DNA of 64,000 nucleotides from the human T2T-CHM13v2.0 reference genome, Homo sapiens, in the NCBI RefSeq assembly GCF_009914755.1, contig NC_060933.1; one strand, 5' to 3'. The notes under the pieces are model-generated. The model worked only from the letters and a program-made list of their open reading frames with translations, was not told the DNA's origin and made no database searches. Position numbers and translations under genes: made by a program. Positions 23,251-39,690 of this stretch are shown in pieces; within the stretch, counting starts at the first letter, position 1, and every line of letters starts with the position of its first letter.

Positions 23251-25559
23251 ATTACAGAATGAACATATTTTAACCAATATATAAGTAGAAATTTATGGAG
23301 ATGGACTGATAGAGCATATAACAGATTTGATTGCGGTAAATGATAGGGGTAGGGAGGAAGAGTAGTATGTGTGACAAAGCAGAAAGAATGTTATTCCCCA
23401 AAAGTGAGAAAATGAGGAAGGAGAGAGAAAGGGAAAAGTCAAATAAGATGATTTATCCTTGTATAGGGAATAGGTGGATGTCAGCAAATAACATTCATTT
23501 AATATCAGCAGATCAGATAATAAAAGATTAAGTAAAAATGGTGACTAAAGACAACAAAAAGCAGAACTAGATATAATGGTAACCACAAATGTAACAAAAA
23601 TACAAGTAGTATTTGGTATTTTGTATTTGATAAATACCAAAATAAAGTTTAAAATATACAAAGAAGTCATGCCATCTGAAGAAATAAGCACAGTAGATAT
23701 AGCATAATATGCACAGAAATTATAACAATATGACAATTGATACAGAAATATCAGTAATAATAAGTGTGGATAGGCTTACCTTGCTTATTAAAAGAAAATA
23801 TTTTCAAATGGGTTTGTAAAGCAAAATATAGCTCTATGCTGAACATAAGACTCACACCTAAAACAGTAATTCATAAAGGGCAAAAATAAAGAAGTGGCCA
23901 ATGACTTACTAGATAATGGAAATCATAAGAAAGCTGAGGTTGCAATCTTAATATCAGATAACATAAAATTCAGACCAAAATGCATTTTTAAAGGAAGCAG
24001 AAAATACTTTATAGTGCTAAAAGCTGCAATTGTCAATGAACATTTAACAGTTATAAATACCTGTGTCCCAAATGACACTGTAAACACCTGTGTAAAGAAT
24101 AATTACTCATACCTCAAGGAGAAACATAGAAAAACACATTAGTAACAGAAGACTTTAACATACTACTCTCATACTGACCTGTCTTAGGTCAAGTGGACAA
24201 AAAATAAGTAAGGTTATAAAAACCCTAAAAATTATGATAGATATCATAAATATATGTCAAGCATTACACACTTATAATAGAAAATATACCTTCTTCTCAA
24301 GTACATATGCAGCATTCACAAAAATTGATATGGTAGTTTATAAAGTATCAATATGTTTTATATTGTACAAATATGAACAAAACTGGTTAATTTTTTAACT
24401 ATCAATTATTAATAAATCAAAAATACCATTTCATGTAAAAAGTTATAAAATATTCTATTAAACAACTTGTGAGCGAAAGGAAAAATCAGAAATTACAGAA
24501 TTTCCGAAAAATAATGATGATAAAAACCTACGTATTAGAATCTATGGGATACATTTAAATAACAGGTAAGAGGAAAAGTCATAACCTTAAACATCTTGAA
24601 TAATACAAATGAAATGTTTTAAAAATAATTATAATTTCTAACTCAAAAGCCTAAAACAGAAAAAAAAAGCCAAAAGAAAACACAAAAAAGATCAGAGCAG
24701 AAAATAAAGCATAAAGCAGAAAACCTATAGATTAAGTTAATATATCAAAACACTAGTTCCTTAAAAGAGAAGTCAATAAAATGAAAAAACTACCAAATAA
24801 TTTAATTTAAAAAATGAGAAAACATAAATGTAGAAAATGACATGACTTGGAGGAATTACCTCTTGATATGGATAAAACTTCTTTAAAAAATTATGAAATA
24901 CTGTTATATACACTTCTATACAATTAAATTTGAAAACTTAGATTGAATGCATAAATTCTTATGAAAATAAGCTTTGACAAAACTGACATTAAAAGAGACA
25001 AGAGGCTTTAAATGACAAATTTCTAGAGAAGATACCAAAATTATCAATAAGCTATCTCATCAAAATCACCAGGCTCAGGTGCTTTCATAGAGGAATTCTA
25101 ATAGATCTTTAAAGACGAGATAATCCCAAAGCTACATAAATTGTTTTAGAGCACAGAAAATTAATTAAAAATTCTTTTTGAAGTAAGTGTAACATTGATA
25201 CAGGAACCTGATTTTTTAAAATAGTACAAAAAAGAAAGTTACAGGCCAATATCCCTGATGAATATTGATGAAAAATCCTAAATAATATATCAGCCAACAG
25301 ATTTTAATACCTCATTAAGAAAATATATCATTATCAAGTGAGGTTTATCTAAGGGATGAAAGGATGGTTCAATATGAGAAACTATATTAATATAATTCCC
25401 TATAATAAGTCTAAAAGACTTATTACCTCCTTAAATCCTGAAAAAGTTTTTGACAAATTTGACACCCATTCCTAAAAAAATCTCTCCAGAAAATAAGAAT
25501 GATGCATATTTCTTCAGTTTGGATATTTAATTTGATTTATTTGACATGAAAACATGAAG

Positions 25560-25561
<2 letters not shown>

Positions 25562-25594
<33 letters not shown>
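25562..25594. repeat. (CA)n microsatellite, ~16 units
   Basis: Perfect AC run seen directly. Confidence 0.98.
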
Positions 25595-25598
<4 letters not shown>

Positions 25599-25914
25599 TC
25601 ATACCACACACATATCTATGTATCTACATATATATCTTAGTTAATGAGGATATGCTACATTCCCAATAGGAGTTGGGAAAAAGCTAGAAAACCTACTATA
25701 TTCGCTACTGTTTAATATTTTACTGGAAATACTAGCTAATGCGATTACATACAACAAAATAATTAGATGCATAAGAATTGAAAGACAAATAAAACTCTGT
25801 CTATATGCAGATGGATAACAGTATAAATGGTAAACTCTGGAGAATCAATGATAAAACTTAAATAATTCAGCAAGATAGCAAGATATAAAATTAACCTATA
25901 AAATTCAGTAACTC

Positions 25915-26055
25915 AAACTTGGCATTGTGATGTGAACCTGTAGTCTCAGGTATTCCAGGGACTGAGGCAGGAGTACTGCTTGAGCCAGAAGTTTGAGGCC
26001 AGTTTCACAGCTATGTTATTATGCAACATAGCAAGACACCTCTTAAAAGAAAAAC
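25915..26055 (+). mobile_element. Alu monomer (FLAM_A/FAM-like)
   Basis: cctgtagtctcagg...gactgaggcaggagtactgcttgagccagaagtttgaggcc...gcaacatagcaagac with A tail. Confidence 0.8.
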
Positions 26056-26207
26056 AAAATAGGCTTCATCTACACAAACAATAGTTAGAAGATATAATTC
26101 AAAAGAGAAAACTTCATTTATATTAGCAACAAAAATAAAATGCCTAGGCATAAATTTACCAAAAAAAGTTCTAAACTTGTATGAAGCAAATCATAAAATA
26201 CTCTTGA

Positions 26208-28955
<2,748 letters not shown>

Positions 28956-30676
28956 GAAAGATATGAAAATAACACGGAAAAGCCTACTACCTTATTCTTC
29001 ATAAGAATATCTCAACATCATCAGGATGTCAGTTCTCTTTGAACTAATTTATAAATTCAATTCAACCCCAATAAAAATGCTACAAATTTTTTTTTCCTGC
29101 AAACTAGACAAGTTGATTCTGAAGTTCATTTGGAAAAATAAACATATAAAATAGCTAGGAAAATAACTGAAAAGGAAGAGATATGGGTTGAGCTATGAGC
29201 CCTACCAAATATTTAAAAGTACTAAAATGCCTCTGTAATTAAAGGTGTGGTAATGGCACATGACTAGAAAGATCAATGAAATAGAACAGAAACAGAGCAC
29301 TCTAATGTGGATATTTAGTATGTAATAAAGTGGTATCTCAAATGACTGAGGCAAACAGAGAAATAAATGGTGTTAAGACATTTGGGTAGACATTTGAAAA
29401 AAGAAAAAAATACAACCATTGCCCCCACCATACACAAGAATAAACTCTAAATGTATCAGGGATCCATGTTTTTTAAAAATTAAGTTGTATAAGTACTAGA
29501 ACAAAACCTAATTAATGTGTCTATAACTTGGGTAAAGGAAAAAGGCTTTCTAAATGTGACTCAAAATCCACGTGTGAGAATGAAAAAATTGATAAATTTG
29601 ATCACATAAAAGTAAAAGGTTTTTGCATAAAAAATAAACACACCAGAAACAAAAACAAATGACAAATTGGTAGCAACATTTGCAATATGTATCACAGAAA
29701 AAGAACTATTATCCCAAATGTATAAAGAGCTTTTTTAAATTGGGCAAGGGGGATGGAAACATGAGACATCCTATAGGAAAATGGAAAAAAGACATGAGCA
29801 AAAAATTCACCAAAAATATGTAAAAATGACTTTAAACATATAAAAAAATTAAACATTATAAGATTGACACAATTCAAATGACATAAATATAATTTATCAC
29901 CCATCAGATTGGCAAAAATTCAAAAGTTGACTATAATCTGTTGGCAAAGCTCTGGGAAAACAAGCACACTCACATTGCTGGTAGGACTGCAGAATGATAC
30001 AGCTTCTATAAAGGGGAATTTAGCAATATCCAACAAAATTACTATGTAGCAATCCCAACTCTATAAATCTATCTTGAAATTAAACTTTTAACAATATGAA
30101 AATAAATATGCATATGATTATTCATTACAGCATTACTTGCAATGGCAAAACATTGGAAACTATCTAAGTGTCCAAAAATAGGAGGACCAAATATTTAAGC
30201 ATGTTCATATTCAGGTGGGTCTTAGAAGGTTGATTGAACAAACTAAAGTATATCAACAACATCTATTATGCAACTGTAAAACAGAGGGAGAAGATCTCTG
30301 TAAATTGATAAAAATTATTTCCAGGATACCTTATTAGGTGAAAAAATAACAATGTACAGGAGTATATATGGTATGTTTCCTCTTATGTAAGAAAGAAAAT
30401 GCAGATATCTGCTTATTTTTGCAAAAAGAAACACAGTAAGTTTAAGCCAGAAAATAGTACAATTGGTTACTTACAAAAGGTATGAAAGAACAGGGATAAA
30501 AGGAATAGTAGAGGGAGGATACTTCTCTGGATATACTTTTATGTATGGTTTTGACTTTTGAAATGTGTTACTGTCCTTCATATTAAAAAGGTAAAATTAA
30601 ATCAGTAAGGATGGCAGTAGAAAAAGAAAAAACCCTAATACCAAATGCAAACAGAAACATATAAACTCAACTGAAT

Positions 30677-30921
30677 TTATTTTATGTTACCCAGGCTAGA
30701 ACACAGTGGCACAATCATAGCTCACCACAGCCTAACTGCCCAGGCTCAACCTAACCTTTCACCTCAGCCTCCTGAGTAGCTGGGACTACAGGCGCACACC
30801 ACCACACCCAGCTCTTTTTTTATTTTTGTAGAGGCTGGTTTTGAACTCCTAGGCCCAAGCAATCTATACACATCAGCCTCCCAAAGTGTTAATATTATAG
30901 GTGTGAGCCACTGCACCCTGC
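30677..30921 (-). mobile_element. AluJ (internally deleted)
   Basis: acaatcatagctcac...cctcagcctcctgagtagctgggactacagg...gtgtgagccactgcaccc. Confidence 0.9.
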
Positions 30922-31544
30922 AATCCTACTGTATTTCAAATGAATGTTGTAAACACACTGAATGGGAAAAATAAAAGGATACGTTTAATTAACTTTTGAA
31001 CAAAAGACTTTGACTGTATACATTCTCAATCCAGGGGAAAAAAGAATGGCAAGCAAATCTTGAACTCTTTCATACATTTGTTTTTATAATGGTATGTCTG
31101 TGTAGCAATTCTAAAAAATTTTTTGTGTCTTTTAGGTTTGAGAAAATGAGTAAATGTGTTTGTGTTGTTGGAAGCTGAAGTTCTTACTGTGGAGAAAGGA
31201 ACATACAGATATGGAATCGGGGAAGGCAAGAAAGAATCCTGTGGGTTCAGCTGAAATTGGCAGCAGTTCAAATCTGTGATTTTGCAAATAGATAGATAGA
31301 TATAGGTAGGCAGATAAAGACCTAGAAGCAATGACACACCCATAGCAATGAGCACACCTAGCACCCAAATCTTGGTTTCTAAATACCATTCCCCAGTAAA
31401 GGATCAGTGTTCCTTGGACAAATGATTGATTCCACTGCTAAAGCAGGCAAGGTATAAGGTGAGACTAGAACATCTTGTTGTTCCAATAAGTATGTGTAAG
31501 AAATGTTTCAATCATCAGTAAAACAGAGGTGAATTATAATACAA

Positions 31545-31692
31545 GATACTGGGTCTCACCTTTTCACTCAGGCTGGAGTGAAGTGGCAAGATCATAGCTT
31601 ACTGCAGTCTCAAATTTTTGGCCTCAAGCAATCCTCCCACCTCAACTTCCCAGGTATCTGGGATTACAGCCATGAGCCACCATGCCCAGCCC
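31545..31692 (-). mobile_element. Alu monomer (FRAM-like)
   Basis: Single reverse monomer gggtctcac...caggctggagtg...gatcatagcttactgcag...gagccaccatgcccagcc. Confidence 0.85.
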
Positions 31693-33527
31693 TGTTTTTT
31701 TTTTTTATATTTGACTGCTGGCAATTTTTAGGCTTTACCTCTCCCTCTTGCTGTTGTGCTGTACCTGTCAATAGCTGGAAAGAAAGCCTTGGCACTCTTT
31801 CCTTGTTTGACACTGATCAGGGTTTCAAACCACTGAAGTCCCATAGGGTCATTATACATGCAAACTACTCTCAAATGGTACAGAAAAAATGTATTCAAAT
31901 ATATGTATGTGATGTGTGCATATATCAATCTACATGTCTACCAATCTATACTTATGTATGTCTATCAGACCTAGATAGATAGTTATAGAGGATTGAAAGA
32001 GAAAGATTAAACAAATGTGGCAAAATGACTAAAAGCTAGTCAATCTGATAAAGAGTATAATTGGACATCTCTGTATTATTCTTTCAGCTGTTCTCTAAGC
32101 TTAAAATTATTTCAAAATAAAAAGCTTAAAAAAGTATGGGATATGACACCAAGATAACAGGTAACGAAATAAAAAATAGATAAATACAACTTCATCAAAT
32201 TATCAGTTTATCAAGATAGCAAAAAGATAACCTACAGAATGAAAGAAAATATTTAAAAATCATGTATCTGCTAATTAATATCTAGAATATATAAAGAACT
32301 CATTCAACTCAACAAAAAAGGAAGTAATCCAATTCAAAATGGGCAAAGGACTTGAAAAGATATTTTTCAAAAAAAGATATATAAATAGCCAACAAGAACA
32401 TGAAAAGATGCTTCATATCATTCGTTATTAGGGAAATACAAATAAAACTGCAATGAGATAACACTTTACATCTACTGGGATGCCTAAACTAAAGAAGAAA
32501 AGGTAAAATAACAAGTGCTGGCAAGAATGTAGAGGAATTGAAGCCCTTGTGTATTGCTGGTGGGAATGTAAAATGATGCAGCCACTGTGGAGAACAATTT
32601 GGCAATTCCTCAAAAAGTTATAGAACTACCACATGACCCGGCAGTTTCACTCTCAGGTGTGTATCCCAAAACAATTGAAACCAGGGATTCAAACAGGCAT
32701 TTGTTCGCCAATGTTCATACCAGTACTATTCACAGTAGCCAAAGATGTAAACAACCCAATGTCCATCAATAGATGAATGCATAAACCAAGTGTGGTATAT
32801 ACACACAATGAAAAATTACTCAGTCATTAAAAGAAATGACATATTGATACATATTACAAAATAGGTGGGCATTGAAAATATAGTATAAGTGAAATAAGCC
32901 AGACACAGAAGGACCCACTGTAAGATCACACTTACATGAAGTATGTAGAATAGGCAAATTCATAGATAGACAAAGTAGAATTAGAGATAATCAGGGGCTG
33001 AGAAGGAAGTTAGTGTTTAATGAGTACAGAGTTTATGCTGGGATCATGAAAAAGTTTGGAGTATAGATTTAAGAGGATCATGACAGACAGGAATAAGTAC
33101 TAGATTGCAGCTCCCACTCAGATGGACAGAGCAGCATGTGGAGCCTCATGTCATGAACTTTTGCTCCAGGACTACTGCAGGAATAAATCAGGAAAGTGAA
33201 GAGAACTCACAAATTCTCTGAAGGAAGTGGATTGCTCCTGCAGGACCCAGGAGACACCTCAAATACTAGCAGGTGTGGAATCCAGGGATCTGCAGACAGT
33301 TCACATCACAGAACTTTGTGCAGACAACCCCCAGTGTTAGCCTGAAGCCTGGTAGACCTGCTGCGTGATTGGATCCAGAAGAGAGATAACAATCACTGTA
33401 GCTTGGCTCCCAGGAAGCCACATCCCTAGGAAAACAGGGAGAGTACTACATCAAGGGAACACCCCATGAAACAAAAGAATCTGAACAAGAGCCTTGAGCC
33501 CTAAACCTTCCCAGACAGCCTATCCAA

Positions 33528-35070
33528 ATGAGAAGAAACCAGAAAACCGACTCTGGTAATATGACAAAACAAAGTTCTTTGACACCCCCCCAAAAAATCA
33601 CACTAGGTCAACAGCAATGGTTCCAAACCAAGAAGAAATCCCTGATTTACCTGAAAAAAGAATTCAGAAGGTCAGTTATTAGGCAAAACAAGGAGGCACT
33701 AGAGAAAGGCAAAGCCAGTTTAAATAAATCAAAAAAGTGATACAAGAAGTGAAGGGATAAATATTCAATGAAATAGACAGCATAAGCAAAAACAATCAGA
33801 ACTTCAGGAAACAATTGGCACACTTATAGAAATGCAAAATACTCTGGAAAATCTCAGCAATAGAACTGAACAGGCAGAAGAAAGAACTTCAGAGCTCAAA
33901 GACAAGATTTTCGAATTAACCCAATCCAACAAAGACAAAAAGAAAAAAAAAAAGAATAAGAAGACATGAACAAAGCCTCCAAGAAGTCTGGGATTATGTT
34001 AAACAACAAAACCTAAATGTTTGATATAAAAATACTTCTAGGAATAAATGCTTGGTGCCACAAAGTGAAACCAGCACTCAGGCAAAATTGTCTCAGCAAG
34101 GCAATTTACTTCTGCAGAAGGGTAGCACTCCCATCAACTAAGATTGCAAGAGCACAGAGAGCAAAGGAGACCAGGGGTTTTTTATCTCCTTAACACAATC
34201 CCTACCTCGGTGTCCCTCCCCCATGGGCTGGGGTCAGACGCACAATCTGAGCTGAGCCGATTGGCTACTTGAAAATATTTTTCTAAACATGGAAGGCAAG
34301 GGGGACATGGGGTACAGTGGCAAAGCTTGTGAGATGTGCAGTTTTGGGGGAAAAATGGGTGCAGGTAACCAAGGGAACAGATGTGAGTTATTGATTAGAG
34401 CTGATGGGAAGGGGGTAGGCTGTTTTACAGTAACTAGGGACAAGGAGAAACAGGAAAGTTGAGTTTGAGAACAAAGGACAAGGAAGTTAGCAGACTAAAT
34501 CTTTGAAGAGAAACTCAGAAATTCATTGTATCTTTCATAAGAATAATCAGTGTTCCTGAGGAAGAAGAAAAATCTAAAAGTTTGTAAAACATATTTAGTG
34601 GAAGAATAGAGGAAAACTTGCCTGGCCTTGCTAGAGACCTAGTCATCCAAATACAAGAAGCTCAAAGAACACCCAGGAAATTCATGCACAAAAAGGTTAC
34701 TGCCTAGGCACATTGTCATCAGGTTATCTAAAATTAAGAAGAGGAAAAGAATCTTAAGAGCTGTGAGACAAAAGCACCAGGTAACCTATAAAGGAAAACC
34801 TATCAGATTAACATCAGATTTTTCAGCAGAAACCCTACAAACTAGAAGGGATTGGGGCCCTATCTTCAGCCTCCTTAAAGGAAACAATTATCAGCCAAGA
34901 ATTTTGTGTCCAGCAAAACTAAGCCTTATAAATGAAGGAAAGATATACTCTTTTTCAGACAAACAAATGCTGAGAGAATTTGCCACTACCAAGCCAGCAC
35001 TACAAGAACTGCTAAAAGGAGCTCCAAATCTTGAAACAAATCCTGGAAACACATCAAAACAGAACCTCTT
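33528..35070 (+). pseudogene. L1PB1 ORF1p remnant (disrupted, split by LTR)
   Basis: MRRNQKTDSGNMTKQ...; RQKHQVTYKGKPIRLTSDFSAETLQ...PALQELLKGA. Confidence 0.85.
34018..34537 (-). mobile_element. ERV1-class solo LTR (MER66/LTR23-like) inserted in L1PB1 ORF1
   Basis: TG...CA termini; 4-bp TSD taaa/taag interrupting L1 acctaa|gaataat; minus-strand order CCAAT (34260), TATA-like (34178-85), AGTAAA (34105). Confidence 0.85.
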
Positions 35071-35140
35071 TAAGCATAAATCTCACAGGACCTATAAAAA
35101 ATACAATAAAAAAAAAAAAGGTATACAGGCAACAAATAGC

Positions 35141-38100
35141 ATGATGAATAGAATAGTACCTCACATATAAATACTAAAGTTGAATGTAAATGGCCTAAAT
35201 GCTCCACTTAAAAGGTACAGAATTGCAGAATGGATAAGAATTCACCAACCATCTGTCTGCTACCTTCAAGAGACTCACCGAACACATAAGGACTCACATA
35301 AACTTAAGGCAAAGGGGTGGAAAAAGACATTCCATGCAAATGAACACCAAAAGCAAATGGGAGTAGCTATTCTTATATCAGACAAAACAAACTTTAAAGC
35401 AACAGCAGTTTAAAAAGACAAAGAAGGACATTATATAATGATAAAAGGCCTTATCCAACAGGAAAATATCAAAATCCTAACTATATAAGCACCTAAAACT
35501 AGAGCTCCCAAATTTATAAAACAATTACTACTAGACCTAAGAAATGAGATAGCAACACAATAAAAGTGGGGGACTTCAATGCTCCACTGACAGCACTAGA
35601 CAAGTCATCAAGACAGAAAGTCAACAAAGAAAAAATGGATTTAAACTATACCCTGGAATGAATGGACTTAACAAATATTTACAGAACATTCTACCCAACA
35701 ACCACAGAATATACCTTCTATTCATCAGTGCATGGAACTTCCTCCAAGATAGACCATATGATAGGCCACAGTACAAGCCTCAATAAATTTAAGAAAATTG
35801 AAATTATATCAAGCACTCTCTCAGACCACAGTGGAATAAACCTGGAAATGAACTCCAAAAGGAGCCTTCAAAACCATGCAAATACATGGAAATTAAATAA
35901 TCTGCTCCGGAATGATCACTGGGTCAACAATGAAATCAAAACAGAAATTAAAAAATTCTTCAAACTGAACAATGATAGTGACAAAACCTCTGGGATATAG
36001 CAAAGGCAGTGCTAAGAGGAAAGTTCATAGCCCTAAATGCCTACATCAAAAAGTCTGAAAGAGCACAGGCAATCTTAGGTCACACCAGGAACTAGAGAAA
36101 CAAGAACAAACCAAACCCAAACCCAGCAGAAGAAAGGAAATAACCAGTATCAGAGCAGAATTTAATGAAATTGAAACAAACAAAAACAATACAAAAGACA
36201 AATAAAACAAAAAGCTAGTTCTTTGAAAAGATAGATAAAATTGATAGAACATTAGCAAGAGTAACCAAGAAAAGAAGAGAGAAATCCAAATAAGCTCAAT
36301 TAGAAATGAAACTGGAGATATTACAACTGACACCACAGAAATACAAAAGATCATTCAAGGCTACTATGAACATCTTTATGCACATAAACTTGAAAACCTA
36401 GAGGAGATGGATAAATTTCTGGAAAGATACAACCCTCCTAGCTTAAATCAGGAAGAATTAGATACCCTGAACAGCCCAATAACAAGCAGTGAATTTAACA
36501 TGAAATAAAAAAATTACCAGCAAAAAAAAGTCCAGGACCAGATGGACTCACAGATGAATTCTACCAGACATTCGAAGAAGAATTGGTACCAATCCTATTG
36601 ACACTATTTCACAAGATAGAGGAAGAGGGAATCCTTCCTAAATCATTCTGTGAAGCCTGTATCACTTTAATACCAAAACCAGGAAAGACATAACTACAGA
36701 CCAATATCTTAATGAACATATATACAAAAATCCTTAACAAAATACTAGCTAACTAAATCCAACAACGTATCAAAAGATAATCCACCACGATCAAGTGGGT
36801 TTCATACCAGGGTTGCAGAGATGGTTTAACATAAACAAGACAATAAATGTGATACACCACATAAAAAGAATTAAAAGCAAAAATTACATGATCATCTCAA
36901 CAGATGCAGAAAAAACATTTGACAAAATCCAGCAACCCTTTATGATTAAAACTCAGTAAAATTGGCATACAAGGGACATACCTCAATTTAATAAAAGCCA
37001 CCTGTGACAAACCCACAACCAACATAATACTGAACGGGGAAAAGCTGAAGGCATTCCCTCTGAGAACTGGAACAAGACAAAGATGCCCACTCTCACCACT
37101 TCTCTTCAACATAGTACTGGAAGTCCTAGCCAGAGCAATCAGACAAGAGAAAGAAATCAAGGGCATCCAAATTAGCAAAGATGAAGTCAAACTGTCACTG
37201 TTTGTTGATGATATGATTATATACCTAGAAAACCCTAAAGACTCCTCCAAAAAGCTCCTGGAACTGATAAAAGAATTCAGCAAAGTTTCCAGATACAAAA
37301 TTAATGTACACAAATTAGTAGCTCTCCTATACACCAACAGTGACCAAGCTGAGAATCAAATTAAGAACTCAACCCCTTTTATAGTAGCTGCAAAAATTAA
37401 AAATTAAAAATCAAAAAATAAAACCTTAGGAATATACCTAACCGTGGAGGTAAAAGACTTCTACAAGGAAAACTACAAAACACTGCTGAAATAAATCATA
37501 GAACACACAAACAAATGGAAACATGTTCCATGCTCGTACATAGGTAGAATCAACACAGTGAAAATAAACATACTGTCAAAAGCAATCTATAAGTTCAATG
37601 CAATTCCCATCAAAATACCACATCATTCTTCACAGAACTAGAGAAAAACAATTCTAAAATTCATATGGAACCAAAAAAGAACCCACAAAGCCCAAGTAAG
37701 AATAAGCAAAAAGAACAAAACTGGAGGCATCACATTATGTAATTTCAAACTATACTAGAAAACCATAGTCACCAAAACAGCATGTTACTGGTATAAAAGT
37801 AGGCACATAGACCAATGTAACAGAATAGAGAACCCAGAAATAAACCGAAATACTTATAGCCAGCTCATCTTTGACAAAGCAACCAAATACATCAAGTGAG
37901 GAAAGGACATCCTATTCAACAAATGATGCTGGATAATTGGCAAGCCACATGTAGGAGAATGAAACTAGATCCTCATCTCTCACCTTATACAAAAATCAAC
38001 TCAAGACGGATTAAGGACTTAAATCTAAGACCTAAAATTATAAAAATTCCAGAAGATAATGTCGGAAAAACCCTTCTAGACATTGGCTTAGGCAAGGATT

Positions 38101-38983
38101 TCATGACCAAGAACCGAAAAGCAAAAGCAATTAAAAGAAAAAAAGGATAAATAGCTGGGACTTAATTAAACTAAAGAGCTTTTGCACTGCAAAAGGAACA
38201 GTCAGCAGAGTAAACAGACAACCCACAGAGTGGAAGAAAAACTTCACAATCTATACATCTGACAAAGGACTAATATCCAGAATCTACAGCAAACTGGAAC
38301 AAATTAGCAAGAAAAAAAAATCCCATCAAAAAGTGGGCTAAGGACATGAATAGACATTTCCCAAAAGAAGATACACAAATGGGCAAAGAACATATGAAAA
38401 AATGCTCAACATCACTAATGATCCAGGAAATGCAAATGAAAACCACAATGCAGTACCGCCTTATTCCTGCAAGAATGGCCATAAACAAAAATTAAAAAAT
38501 AATAGATGTTGGTGTGGATGCTGTGAACAGGGAACACGTCTACATTGCTTGTGGGAGTGTAAACTAGTACAACCACTATGGAAAACAGTGTGGCAATTCC
38601 TTAAAGAACTAAAGGTAGAACTACTATTTGGTCCAGCAATCCCACTACTGGGTATCCACCTAGAGGAAAAGAAGTCATTGTAGGAAAAAGATACTTGCAC
38701 ACACATGCTTATAGCAGCACAATTCACAATTGCAAAAATGTGTAATCAAACCCAAACGCCCATCAACCAGTGAGTGGATAAAGAAGCTGATATATATATA
38801 TATCAGTTTCTGAATTTTTTATATATATATATATATATGATGGACTACTACTTAGCCATAAAAAGGAATGAATTAATGGCATTTGTAGCAACCTGGATGA
38901 TATTGGAGACTATTATTCTAAGTGAAGTAATTCAGGAATGGAAAATCAAACATTGTATGTTCTCACTCGTAAGTGGGAGCTAA
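35141..38983 (+). pseudogene. L1PB1 ORF2p remnant (many stops and frameshifts)
   Basis: NVNGLNAPLKR...LQETH and SKIDH...SDH endonuclease motifs, RT fragments, ...MFSLVSGS end. Confidence 0.9.
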
Positions 38984-39569
38984 GCTATGAGGATGTGAAG
39001 ACATAAGAATGATACAATGGATTTTGGGGACTCAGGGGGAAAGGTGGGAAGGCGGTAGGGATAAAAAACGACAAATTGGGTGCAGTGTACACTGCTCAGA
39101 TGATGTGTGCACCAAAATCTCACCAATCAACACTAAAGAACTCATTCATGTAATCAAAGACCACCTATTCTCCAATAACCTGTGGGAAAAAAGAATTTAA
39201 GAAAAGAAAAAGTTTGAGGTATAGAGAATGGTGATAGTTATACAACATAATGAATTACTTAATGCTACTGAATTATACACTTACAAATAGTTAAAATGAT
39301 AAATATTATGCTATGTATATTTTAGCACAGTTTTTAAAAAATCAAAAAAGAAATATATGTGGGAAAATTATTATGTTACTTTAAATACAATGCAAGATAC
39401 ACTAAAAACCGTCAAAGTGCTCTCTGTGGCTTGAATACAAAGAATCTGTCACACACTTTCTTTAAAGCAAACAAACAAATATTAAAACCTTAGTATTTTG
39501 GGAGAAAGAAGACTCTCAGTTTTGAAATAATGATAGAATTTACAGTGTGTTATTACTCTTTAGTGATAA

Positions 39570-39690
39570 TCTAAGTAAACTGTAAGTTCCTTTAGATTGA
39601 AAATCATCAATTCACTTACCTTTGTATTCCAAGATCTGTTATTAGATAAATAACTGTATGATGGAAGGATGGAGGGATGAATTAATTAGA
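39570..39690 (+). mobile_element. L2 3' tail
   Basis: aaactgtaagttcctttagattg...ctttgtattcc...gatggaaggatggagggatgaa. Confidence 0.5.

Larger units (their letters stand above)
33068..39205 (+). mobile_element. Full-length-type L1PB1 (L1PBa 5' UTR), inactive
   Basis: 5' UTR gaggatcatgacagacagg...tagattgcagctcccactcaga; ORF1 from 33528 (MRRNQK); ORF2 from ~35141; L1PB1 3' UTR; 20-bp TSD at 33048-33067 / 39206-39225 (18/20). Confidence 0.93.
32135..39350 (+). mobile_element. L1MB (L1MB3/4-like) 3' end, split by L1PB1 (pieces 32135-33067 and 39206-39350)
   Basis: ORF2 C-terminus plus 3' UTR gttagtgtttaatgagtacagagttt...|...ggtgatagttatacaacataatgaattacttaatgctactgaattatacactt. Confidence 0.85.

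Noticed and set aside
31700-31835. Possible ERVL LTR (MER21/MER77-like) fragment inside the L1MC 3' UTR
   Set aside because: Only a vague recalled similarity, and no termini are visible.
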